64,000 nt of DNA, taken from NCBI GenBank assembly GCA_030248215.1, contig JASANG010001107.1, positions 310,001 to 374,000 of the forward strand, read 5' to 3'. A program made the translations under genes and the position numbers. Positions 24,345 through 35,683 of this stretch are shown piece after piece. Every line of letters starts with the position of its first letter. Within the stretch, counting starts at the first letter, position 1. The notes under the pieces were generated by a model that searched no databases, was not told where the DNA came from, and was given only the letters and a program-made list of their open reading frames with translations. The DNA comes from Enoplolaimus lenunculus. Taxonomy: Eukaryota.

Positions 24345-27300
24345 GGTATCATAAACTCATGCAGCGTTGACAGATCAACATGGTAGTGGGACTCAAAAAA
24401 GAATTTAGAAGAGGCTTGCGGGGAATGCACACGAAATACACAAGCAGGAGTGCAGGACTAAAACTTTTTCAAAGTGGCCCGAAAATATTTTTCGCTCACA
24501 ACGCGATTTTTGGCCGGATTTATGAAAACAGTTGGTTCAGCTAAAGCGAAAATTGGCGTTTGTCATGACTGGGCACTATTTGAATGTCGTTCATTGAGGT
24601 AATATTCTTGATAAAATGAATCCACCTATCAATTTAGTCCGCCTGTGTACAGGTCAGAGGCGGGCCGTTTTGCCACCAGACTGCAATAGAGTAAAGCTTA
24701 AGCTAAACAATATTTTTTGCTTAAGCTTGGGCTTACGTATACGCTTATCTTTACGCTTAGACTTAGGCTTTGCCATTATGCTTATACTACTGTTCCTGCA
24801 AACGATGTAAACTTTTGTAATGATTTACCAGAAAACAAAGCAATCGCTGTTAACACTGCATATTCGCACTCGTCAATACGCAGCTTTGCAACTGCTTTTG
24901 CAAAATCAAACATTGCATCAACCGTCGATCGTTCGTAAAGTCCTCCGGTATCAGCTGGCGGCGCACCTTGAGAAAATGCAGCTCGGCTGAACGCCCAACT
25001 CCGCGAACGCGAACCCAGTATGATCGAGTCAGATCGAGCGTCATAGCGACGACAAAAGCGTAACATTAATGCTTCAAACGAACCAGACTAAAACAATTAG
25101 CAACGCTATAACGAAAGCTGGAACGCCCAACATACGTAATTTGAGATTTTCTACTGCTTTCATAACACTGAACTTGCTTTGGAACCAACCTGTTTAAACA
25201 TATGCCGTCTCCAATATTACTTTGCAGGGCGCAACAGTAATATATGCATATTCCTGAGCCTATGCCTCAGTGTAGGGCAGGAGCGTCCACAGAAAGTTAT
25301 ATTTGCGGGGCACCGAATAATGTTGGAAGCTCCTACAATTGCAATTCAAGATTGTTTACTTTCAGACCGAGGCTGTTTCAGGGCACCAGCCAAATCTGGG
25401 GAGCACAGCCCCTCAATGCCCTCGTGGGGACACCCTTGGCGTAAGGATAAGTCCATAACTAAGACTAAACTTAAAGTATAAAATTAACCTTAATCTTAAG
25501 CTTGCTTTATTATAATCCAGTCCAAAAAATGTTTCCTTCTTTAAAGTAACATGGGTCCATATCCTCAAATCACACATTGCAAAAGCTGCACAATAGTGCA
25601 ACTGCGATTTAGACAAGTACGGAATAATTCAAAGCCAAAGTATAGTGCCATATAGCGGCACCTTGATAGTTTTAGCTCGGAACGATAATTGCCAAATTTA
25701 CATAGGTATGGTACGTCATGTCATGTAATATTTAAAAAACACCGGTGCTACTAATTTTAAATTAAATTTTAATTTGAATATCTTTTGTAACGAAAACGTC
25801 TGAATACTGCTTTGAACCCACTCAGATAAACATATATGTAACATTTTGGCCATATTGACTGCATACATCCAAACTAGGATTTTAAAAGTGCTTACGTAAA
25901 CTTTGTTACAAATATTCATGAACTATAGATTGAATCTGACATTTACCATTTCAACTAATCAATGCAGTACTGCATCGATATTATATCCGCTTCAAATTTC
26001 ACTGCGAGTGGCGTACATTATTTGCCCGTCATAAAAAGAAACTTTGAAAATGTGCCCTGCTTAGACAACCGCAGAGTCTAAAACTGATTGGCGCGACGGC
26101 CAATGTAAAGAACAGCGTCGTAACAGTACTAAACACCTCTACCTAAGCCTAAGCAAAATATTAGTCTAAAGCGTAAAGCTTTATCTCTAACTGCATTCCC
26201 GGCACAAACATACACAAACAAAATTATTGCAATTTACATTCCTGGACACCAAATTTACATTAATCGATTTTGAAACCGTTGTGACATTACCAAAATTAAA
26301 TACTAAAATAAACAGCTTAAAATTACGACTTTATAACCATACCTTGAGCAGTGTATCTTGATCTGTCGCATCTGTGACTTTTAATGCGAAACCAGGTATC
26401 GCTCGGATTAACTCAACAATTTGTTGGAAGTTAAGCATCACTAAATCGGTTAGCAATTTGCTATGATTTGGCACTTTGCCAGTGTTGTCTAATGTTTGGC
26501 AACTCTGAAACATTATTACATCAATGCATCATAGCTCAAGTAACGAATTTGTCTCTTGCAAGGGCGGTGATATGAAACGGGGGGGCGCATGCCCAACTTT
26601 TTGGGTCTTTCGTTGCCCAAAGATGGTTGGATTTTGAACATTTTTGAATATTTGTCTAATAACACGCGCTGGTCATTCCACGCTTAAATTTGAATTTTTG
26701 AAACGAATAGTGCGACTTTTTTTAACATTTTTTCAAAAAATGATCGAAATTTACAACTTAAGAAGAAAAACATTTCGGCGGCTTGGACTAACGGGGGGCG
26801 CCACATCGCCCCAATTATCACCGCCCTTGGTTTATTGTATACTTCAACGCATAGGTTTATGTTTTGAGTCAAGTTCAGGCTTACATTTTGGAAAAGGTTT
26901 TCTTAGCCTAAGGGTAAGAGTTGTCTAAAGCCTTTATCTCATAAGCCTAACATTTTGTCTAAACTTTTACCTATTACCGTAAACTTAAACCTTAACCTAA
27001 GTCTTAACCTTAAATGTGGAGGAAAGTGTTCAAGAGCCACAGATTTTATTATCTACCATGTATTTTTGCTAAATTGGAATTGCTAAATGGTAAAAATTAG
27101 TAACCAGCTGAAAACCGATCTAGTTATATTGCTAAACAGGAAAATAATAGAAATACATACACAGAAACAGAGATAATGGTTAAGTTTAGGAAAAAGATAT
27201 AAAACTTAATAGAAAGACAATATATTTCTATTTTATATTTCTATTATTACATTGCACTGCGATAAACTTTTCCACTATTTCAACGCCGTTTCATGAAAAC

Positions 27301-30300
27301 ACCAATTACCTTCAACCGTATACATGCAGTGGCGGATCCAGAAATTTCCGACAGTTGCCGGACTGGCAAAAGCTATGAAACACAGTTTTTGCTGTATAGT
27401 CAAAAACTGAGAGGGCGTAGCATTTTGCCTCAATAAATTTTCTGAAGGGAAAAATGGTAACGTAGGGACCCTACAATTTTATCGCAAATAATATTCTGAC
27501 GAAGGTGGGCGTACGTCCCCACCCACCATCTCGGGATTCGCTAGTACATACATGCTGTTTGCGGTTGTACACCTTCCCCTTAGAAATTTAAGCGTAAACA
27601 TAATAAGTCTAAGCCTAATCCTAAATGTAAGCCTAAACCTATGTATAGTGGCTTATGATAAACTCGGAAAGTTTTGAAACCTGTGATGGAAGTGTATTAT
27701 AGCTTTACTATTTTTCACTGTACATTTATCGCTTTCGCAACCTTTTGAAAATGATAATTGAACCCATAATGTTCATTGCAAACGAATTAGATCAACCGCA
27801 GCAAACAAGTTAAATTTGATCACAAATTTTAGAAATTTAATTTTGTTCAAAGTGTCAGGTACAAACTGAGCTCTGATATATATGTAATACAGCATAAATG
27901 TAACAAATATTAAATTTTCACGTGACTATGGTGCAGTGTTGCGTATTAATAAAATTCCAACAAATACAGTCCATGTACTTGGATTAGTTTTTTATCAAAA
28001 ATTAGCTGAAAGCACAGAAATACAATGCTCCTACACAAATCAAAAAATACAAGACCGTCTGGTAAGGCTCTAAGCAGCGGATTGGGTTTAATGGTCCACT
28101 TACGTTCACTGTTAAAGCAAAATGACCAATCCTGTAGTCAGGATTTTTGTTCGGAACAGTAAGCGCATAACCTTATTTAAAAGCAAACTTTTTTAAACCT
28201 TTATTATTCATACGATTATTCTAAAGTCATGGTATACACTTTAGAATAGCCTCCTGAATTTATGGTTTTACACAAAAATTTTGGGGCGGACTACATTCTT
28301 CGTGTCCCTCTCTTATATACATATTTGAAAATGACACGAAAAACGAAATATATATATCTTCAAGATTAAAAATACTAACAAAATTTAATGCAAACTAAAA
28401 TGTTTCAAACTCAGCTACCATTGAAACCTACAGACCCATACACAGACTCAGACTAAAATGTTAGCTCAGGTTAAAAACATCACGGGGAGCCATGTTGAAA
28501 ATTTGTTTAATTTACCAGGTGCGGCAAAAAGTTTCCAACAAGGACAATATTTTTTCCTTTCCCGTCACAAAACTAGGTCACACTCATAACCACTGCAATA
28601 ATATGAACAAGCTAGGCTTAGACCTACGTGTAGCCTTAAGCTAAAGCTTAAGCTTAGGTTTAGAAAAATAATAAACATCAATATGATAGTCAAACTTTTG
28701 CTTTTTTTTTTCAAATTAACATTATTGTGACGGTAAAGTAATCAAGTAAGTACAGTTTAAAATGAAAACTAAAATGTTTACAGGTCTGTGCCAGCTTCCC
28801 GTGCTGTCAGGGCCAAAAACTTTTTAAGAGGAGCACGCAAGCGTTTCCGATTATTAAGAACTAACAAGATAGGCTGAAACTTTTCTTTTAGGAAACCTCT
28901 TTCTAAAAGCAGTTGAGTCCCTCGGCCAATATCTGGCTACAAGCCGGAACTCACCGAGTAAATTTTGGCCATTTGTTGCTCGCTAACAACTTCGTACTGT
29001 GCTTGATATCGGGACAATCGTTGAATGAGTTGTCGTTGTTCGTCTGATAGCTTAGGTGATCCAAATCCAACAGATGTGATCCCGGTGGATATGCTAGACT
29101 CTGCCGCAACGGGCGTTTTCACTGTTGAGCAGTCTATTGTGTTGCCAACTGTTGTTGTTTGATGATCAGCAGTTGATGTTACCTAAATCGAAACCATATT
29201 TTTCGCAGGTGTCCTATACAATGCAACTGTGGAAGGCGTCCCCTATAGACATCTTCTGCCGACGTGGACGGTTTTTACAGCAAAAACTGCGATTCCAGTA
29301 TTCACCTTATCGACTCGTCAGTTAACACTGAGTGTAAATTGTCTATTAATGTTGTATGTTGTGCTTTGAATTTTTTTGTTAATTTTACTAAAATAGAATT
29401 TTGCACGGTTCTCAGAAAAACTGTAAAAAAACCTTGCAAACGTTTTGGTGAAACAAACTCACGTCGAAAATATATTAAACGGCCGAAAATATGGAACCAC
29501 GTGTACCGTGAAAATTTATTGTACAACGTTTAAATTAAAACATTCTGAATTTAAAGTTTGCAACCGTTTTTCAACGCTACGACAAGTCAATTGTTAGGCC
29601 GATGTATAGAACACGGCCGTAACAGTAGTATAAGCTTATACCTAAGCCTAAGCAGAAAATATTCTAAACCTCAACATTTTTCAACGCTACGACAAGTCAA
29701 TTGTTAGGCCGATGTATAGAACACGGCCGTACCAGTAGTATAAGCTTATACCTAAGCCTAAGCAGAAAATATTCTAAACCTCAACATTTTTCAACGCTAC
29801 GACAAGTCAATTGTTAGGCCGATGTATAGAACACGGCCGTAACAGTAGTATAAGCTTATACCTAAGCCTAAGCAGAAAATATTCTAAATCTCAAGCTTAC
29901 ATGGGCCAAATCTTGCAATAAAGAAGGAAGACTAACCTGTTGGGGGCTTTCTGGTTCATGAACTGATCTGCAATCGCTATTGTTTGGCACCGACTTTTCT
30001 TTGTCAAGGCGTCGCTTCTCGTCTTGTTGTTTCAGCTTGTCCTTTGCATCACGTTTCAGTCTACATTGTTCTTCCGGAATTACAACTAAAGTAAAAATGC
30101 TTAGTGCGCTCAAGCAATATATAGTTGAAGGTTGATTGTTTTCGCTCTGAGATTCAAAAATGTAAATTTTGAATGGAGAAATATATTTTGACCACGTTGT
30201 TCATCCCATATTTTTTGAAACCCACAAAAGAAATTGCTGTAAGGGCTCGATAAAATCATGATCCCCACATATATACCAACTCCGTCTGTCTAAGGCTTGG

Positions 30301-32431
30301 AAATACCTCTAGTTTAAAATTTGACGAATACTTCAAAATAATGTACAAAATTAAGTTTAAAATTTAAATCCTATAAAAGCACCACTAATTGCTGGAATTT
30401 ATATAATTTCCAACAGTTACATCTTCTTTCACTTCGAAAACCAAGTGTGAAACGATTTTTTCTATATCTTCCCCAATAGATCTCAGCCTACATTGTAAAT
30501 CGATAAGACGATTCCTCATAAGCGACCGCAATCTGTCAACGGCGCAGAATCAAAATTTGTAATTTCTAAAAAGATAGTGAATTGCAAAAATGTTCGGCGA
30601 GACAATTTATAGCCATTTATCGATATCGCTGGTTTACCCTCTAAAACCAATAAATCTCAATCCTCTACAAGCACAAAAAACCCAATTTGTAATATTACAG
30701 ACTACTTCCAACGTACGTTCTTGACGCATTCCAATTGCAAAACATTTTCTTAACCGACAAAATTGACATTTTCGACGCATATACATATCAATATCGCAGT
30801 TGCTCCCGTATTTACACATATACCGCGAATTTTTGGTTATGCTTCGTCGAAAAAATCCTGGAAGTAAAGTTTCGGTCACCTGATGGTCTTTAACGCAAAA
30901 CCTAACTAATCGAAACAATCGCTAGTAAGCGCAAGCTTTAGACTATTTTTTGTTTAGGCGTAAGTTATCCTACGCTGCGGTTTAGGCTTAGGCGCAGGAA
31001 TATGCTTATGCTATTGTTATGTCCTTCAAAGCAAGATTGGCCATTTACTGTGTTTTGCATTCAGTATATATGAATGTCAATGTATCAAATTAGACAAAAC
31101 CAAGCGTATCATTTGAAGCAAAATTGGTAACAGTATGTTATTCAAATGATTGAGCGTGAAACTTGCACGTGTAAATACGACTTAATGTTCGTAAATTTGT
31201 AACACAATAAAACTGTGAAAGAGTACTGCTGACCAGGGTCCCATAACCAGAGTTTCGTTTCGGTATGGTATAACCTGATTCAAACGTTCTTTACGAGCAA
31301 GAATGTGTTTTGAATTGTAAAGTTCAGCAGATTTTAAAAGCCTAAAAAGTGCATTGGTTCATCGCCCATACACAAATTTCAGGGGCATGTGTTGAGTTTA
31401 CATGATCCAAATTTAGAAGGTTGAATTTATAGGAATGACAAAAAACCCGATTGTTACGCAACCCGTATTCTTTTCCTATGAACTGAGTTAGGTAACATAC
31501 CTTTACACCCTTCACAAGTCAGGGCATTGTAATGATAACCAGAAGCTTTATCCCCGCATACAAGACACAGCTCCTCAGCGCCATTTGAAGGCGACCCCTG
31601 CGCCATACACACGTCATGGGATATATTTGCATATTTCATGGTAAGGCCGGCAGGATTTGAATTTGCATCAAATTGGCGTTTACGGCTACTGTTGCTAAAA
31701 TAGGTATCAGGCCGTGGTCCCTGTATGCTTGGTCCTTTATCATGTTGCAGTTGCTGTTGTGCTAGATGTGGCACTTGTGTTACTGATGAACCGTCTGTAT
31801 TAACACGCGAGTGGTCAGAGGGTTTTGCCTGAGGCCTTGGAGAAATTAGCCGAGATCCGGGAGGTGACTGAATTGAGGAACCAGTTAATAGGGAATGGTC
31901 TGAAACGTCAATATATACATAAATATATTGTCTCGTTTTAGTTTACAGTTTTGCTAGCAGAGATGAAAGTGGAACGGATGTTGCGGTCGCCCACCCCGTG
32001 GCACGAGCCATTTTTAAACAAATAAAATAGTTAAAACGATGTTTTTTTGCAATTTATTTACGTTTTATTTAAAACAATTTGTACAATTTGTATGTAAAAT
32101 ACTTTACCATTTTGACACCAACTCAATATTGTTACTACTGACCTGAATAAGTTGCCCATTGTTGCGGTTCGTGGCAATTAGTTGAAGTTTGCACTTGCGG
32201 TTGAGGTGTTGTAGTATCACAAGTTGAAATCAAAGCAGACTGATGAGATCCACACGAATGTTTGCTTTCTGGCAAATTAAATTGTCCGGCGAGACCGCCG
32301 GCATCTCTCACTGGACAGTTGACTGGCGTATTTGGTGTCCGAATCGAATTTGATTGGCCGCCGGACGATGATGATAAAACGTGGTAGGTCCTTGGAGCAT
32401 CTCCTGGCGGTCGGGTTGGGAAACTAGTCAT
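22796..32431 (-). CDS. EcR: Ecdysone receptor-like nuclear receptor (NR1H group); 1030 aa from ATG 32431, or 1090 aa if upstream exon 33510-33349 is used
   Basis: Exons 32431-32143, 31899-31501, 30857-30717, 30085-29937, 29182-28955, 26504-26343, 25087-24829, 24261-22796 total 3093 nt in frame. [72 protein letters not shown] is EcR-type. LBD motifs [42 protein letters not shown]. Confidence 0.92.
24281..24344. repeat. (TAT)n microsatellite, ~21 units
   Basis: Perfect trinucleotide run in the last EcR intron. Confidence 0.97.
24829..25087 (-). CDS. EcR: EcR-like exon (LBD H5-H8)
   Basis: ttttag|[28 protein letters not shown]|gtaaat. Confidence 0.92.
25278..25438. mobile_element. hAT-like MITE (CAGGGGCGTCC type); second copy at 37357-37536
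   Basis: caggagcgtccacaga ... ggacacccttg, flanks gtgtaggg/gcgtaagg; shares the internal gcaattcaagattgtttacttt motif with the reverse copy. Confidence 0.6.
26343..26504 (-). CDS. EcR: EcR-like exon (LBD H3-H4)
   Basis: tttcag|[21 protein letters not shown]|gtatgg. Confidence 0.9.
27327..27546. mobile_element. hAT-like MITE (CAGTGGCGGATCC type)
   Basis: cagtggcggatcc ... ggattcgctagta; flanks tatacatg/catacatg. Confidence 0.6.
28955..29182 (-). CDS. EcR: EcR-like exon (hinge and LBD helix 1)
   Basis: atttag|[28 protein letters not shown]|gtgagt. Confidence 0.88.
29567..29894. repeat. 110-bp tandem triplication containing the left end of the telomere-like MITE
   Basis: tcaacgctac recurs at 29571, 29681 and 29791; copies nearly identical. 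Confidence 0.95.
29937..30085 (-). CDS. EcR: EcR-like exon (T-box/hinge)
   Basis: ctttag|[15 protein letters not shown]|gttagt; a second in-frame donor follows 29901. Confidence 0.85.
30717..30857 (-). CDS. EcR: EcR-like exon (second zinc finger)
   Basis: ttccag|[14 protein letters not shown]|gtacgt. Confidence 0.95.
31501..31899 (-). CDS. EcR: EcR-like exon (A/B end and first zinc finger)
   Basis: tttcag|..[25 protein letters not shown]|gtatgt. Confidence 0.93.
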
Positions 32432-32449
32432 TGCGTTTATTGCAACTGT
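32143..32449 (-). CDS. EcR: EcR-like exon (A/B region; internal ATG at 32431)
   Basis: Acceptor cctacttccttttccactag|, donor TCA G|gtcagt. Confidence 0.8.
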
Positions 32450-33348
32450 CTAGTGGAAAAGGAAGTAGGTTTTATAAAAAGGCAACAAATGATTGAAAGA
32501 CGACTAAAGCTCAAATAAAATATAATATCAGTTGGTAGGTAAAACAGATAAATTTTGCAAGGCGTATTTCAAACCAATTTGAGTATTACAAAAAATATTA
32601 GGCTTATTAATTGTACATGTTTCAGTCATTTGATTGGAATATGTCTTCGTGTAATTTTTCTACATCATTGTCGCTGTTGGCTTACTGAACAACGCATATG
32701 TAACGGGAAATGGTACAAACGAACGATACGACACGCTTCAGCGTCTGAAATATTAATAAATATTTGCGTTAGCCGCTCCAGCCCCGTCACCAGAAACGTG
32801 GGCGACGAAACGCCCCCAAAGAATAGCTTCGCTCCTCAGGAAGGCAATTTTTCTAATTGCGTTATAAAACAATTCTGCGGTAGCAGAATTTTATTCGGTC
32901 TCTATGAAAATCTTCTTGCACCCCATACTTTACTTTGATGGTTGTGAAGCGGAGCCTCAATTCTTTTGAGCACAAAATACAATAGTGGAAGAATCCTGGC
33001 GAGCGACCAGCGCAACGCAATATTTGCATTTAGCCCTTGACCTACGCCCACAGTCGCCTTTTGATTCCCCACTGCTTAGTGCTTAAGCGCAATGGCGGAT
33101 CCATGTGGGGTACGCCGGCCGTGCCCCCCCAACCGTGTTACGGACGAAATCCTTATCACTAAGCCAAACAAACGCAGCTCTGAGCACCAAATTAAAACAC
33201 GAACGGCTCAAATACTCGTCAGTTTGCAGATTCAGAAACTCTCAATGATGGAGGCCGCGAGTACGAAATATCAGTAAGAAACTTTGCGAACGAGAAGCCT
33301 AACACAATTTTAGTACTAAAACATAGTACTATTCAACATTACGCTTAC

Positions 33349-33510
33349 CTGCGCTTCAAACCACGATATAACTTCTAACACTAGAGCGACCAGATCAGGG
33401 CCAGTTATTAGCGTTAAAATTGCAGCTAAAATGAGTCGAAACACAAAATCAAACACTGCCAATATGATATACGATACAAGGTCAACGCATGTGCTTAGTA
33501 TATTTAACAT
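33349..33510 (-). CDS. Putative upstream coding exon of the EcR-like gene, encoding a 54-aa hydrophobic N-terminus
   Basis: True ATG, 54 open codons, donor CAG|gtaagc in phase 0. It joins in frame to the acceptor at 32449 (ACA GTT GCA ATA AAC GCA ATG). A tttcag acceptor lies ~60 nt upstream of the ATG. Confidence 0.55.
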
Positions 33511-35275
33511 AACGGCGTCATAGCTAATGTATTTTAAAATACTCCTCTATGGTTTGTTGTATTAATTTGGCCCTGAAATTTTAAGTAAATAAATATTTAT
33601 TGTAGCGGCAATTTCTTTCATGGCGATGATAGAAGCGGCGAAAATAAAAAGTCCAAGTTGTATGTGAGGGTCGGCTCTAGAGCAAGTTCGGCACAGGAAA
33701 TTGGACCTCCTCAGTAAGCGCAAATTTCGGCTTATCTATAAAAATGGGCACTATTAGCGAGAAATTGTTTTGAACCTATTCGTAGTGAGGAAAGTTTGCG
33801 AGCGAAGCGTACGAAAACCCAGACACAGTCTGAAAACAGATTCGTTTAACGCCGATAGTGGTCGGCCATTGCTGCCTTTATGCACAATTATGTTTAGCGA
33901 GTGAAACGAGCGAAACGCTAGATGTACGCAAAATATTTAGGTATATAACCAAGAGTCAAAAATAGTGGAAAACCTAACAAAAACTCGCAAGCGAAAAGTC
34001 AGATGTGATCTTGGTACTCGATTGTGAAAAAAAAATTAATTTCGTTGGGGTCTGGTGGAAGAACGGATCAATCACGGGATCGATCCCGGGGTCCTCCTTT
34101 GAACCATCTTTGTTTAGGGGGCCATATACTGGGCGGAGGTTCGGTTTATGGACCCCAATAGGCATTTAGTGAAAAATAGTTTATTTTATACGTTTCGGCG
34201 CGCTGACTTCAGCAGCACCATTTTTGGCCTTTAGGGCCCCAGTTCAACAGTTATGGCTTTTTAAATTTTAACTTTTTACTATATAAACGGTCGGGCTCGT
34301 AACCAATGAGGGCCAAGGGGCTTACCCCGCTGGAAAAATCCCCCTACAAAGTTCTCAACTTTGTGTGTAAGTCATTGAAACCGTTGTATAACCCTCATGA
34401 ATAATTTTTGCCCCAGCAAAATGAGCTGGCTACGGGCCAAGGTTAAATGTATTGAAATATAAAGGACCATACCCTTTGAACCAGGGGCACTACAGCTCTA
34501 AAAATGGTACCGCTGAAATCAACGCACGAGATCTATAACATAACTTTTCAGTATAACTATAGGGAGCCTATTCCACAACTCTGCCAAGGAACTATCCCTA
34601 ATTCATTGTCTACACCGGACCATGCATATAGATCTGGGGCGGATCGTTGTTCCGCGGACTGCAATAAAGTAAACTTAAGTTTTTGATTATTTTGCGTAGA
34701 CTCAGGATTACGCGTCGGCTTATCATTAAGCTTACGCGTCGGCTTAGCAATATGCTTGTACTACTGTTACGGCCCTGTTTTATACATTGACTCGTAAGCC
34801 TTAACCTTAATTGTTAGGAGAAAACGTACTGTTTCTAAAAACTTTAATCGCTCACCGAATTTTTCTGGTCTACTGCTTGCTAAATCTGCTACAAATCAGT
34901 ACTGAACAAGTTTAATAAGTATAAAAGTCTCGAGAAAATAGATTAATTGCATAGAAATATAGCAATCAACATGAAAATCGATGAAATGCTGTTAATTTAT
35001 TTTGTTACGTTACTGCTATTTTTGTGACGCCAGTGAGGCAGTATTATTTTATAGGGCCTTATGAGACACCTTGTGGTGGCTGCAAAAAATCACTTCATCT
35101 CTGACTGAAGTATGCCGCTGAGTACATTCTGTGTATGTATATTAACCAGTGATTTTTTCGCTTCAGGTTACATTTTCGGCGTTTAACTGTGCACCAAATT
35201 CTTTCAAATTTCCAAGATTTAATACCATTACATTACATTTTGTTTTGTCCTTTTCACTAATTTGTGAGCTTATTC

Positions 35276-35683
35276 GAAGGAGGTACGGAATATGGACCCA
35301 CTAATGAATTTAATAAAAAACAGTTCATTTTATAGATTTCTACGCGCTAAGTTTAGCGGTACCATTTTTAGCGCTGCAGTGCCTCCGGCTCAATAATTAT
35401 GGCCCTCTAAATTTCAACTATTTACTATATAAAACATATACAAACACCAATCAAATTTGTATAAGGAGTAGCCTTGTAAAGCATATATTTTACGAACATG
35501 CAAATCATAGAGACTTCCTCTTTCAATTTGTGCATGTTTGCACTATAATTTCGAGGGCCATAACTTTTGAACCGTTGGCCATACAGCCATAAAAGTGGTA
35601 CCGTTGACTTCAGCTCGTTGAGACCTATAAGATGGACCAGTTATTATTAAAATCCTAGGGGATCCAGATTCCGTACCTCCACC
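35276..35683. mobile_element. Merlin-like MITE (family A), complete copy
   Basis: TIRs ..ggaggtacggaatatgga / tccagattccgtacctcc.., 8-bp duplication gcttattc on both sides. Related copies or fragments at ~75-460, 904-925, 5579-5960, 12290-12631, 14014-14200, 34150-34560. Confidence 0.75.
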
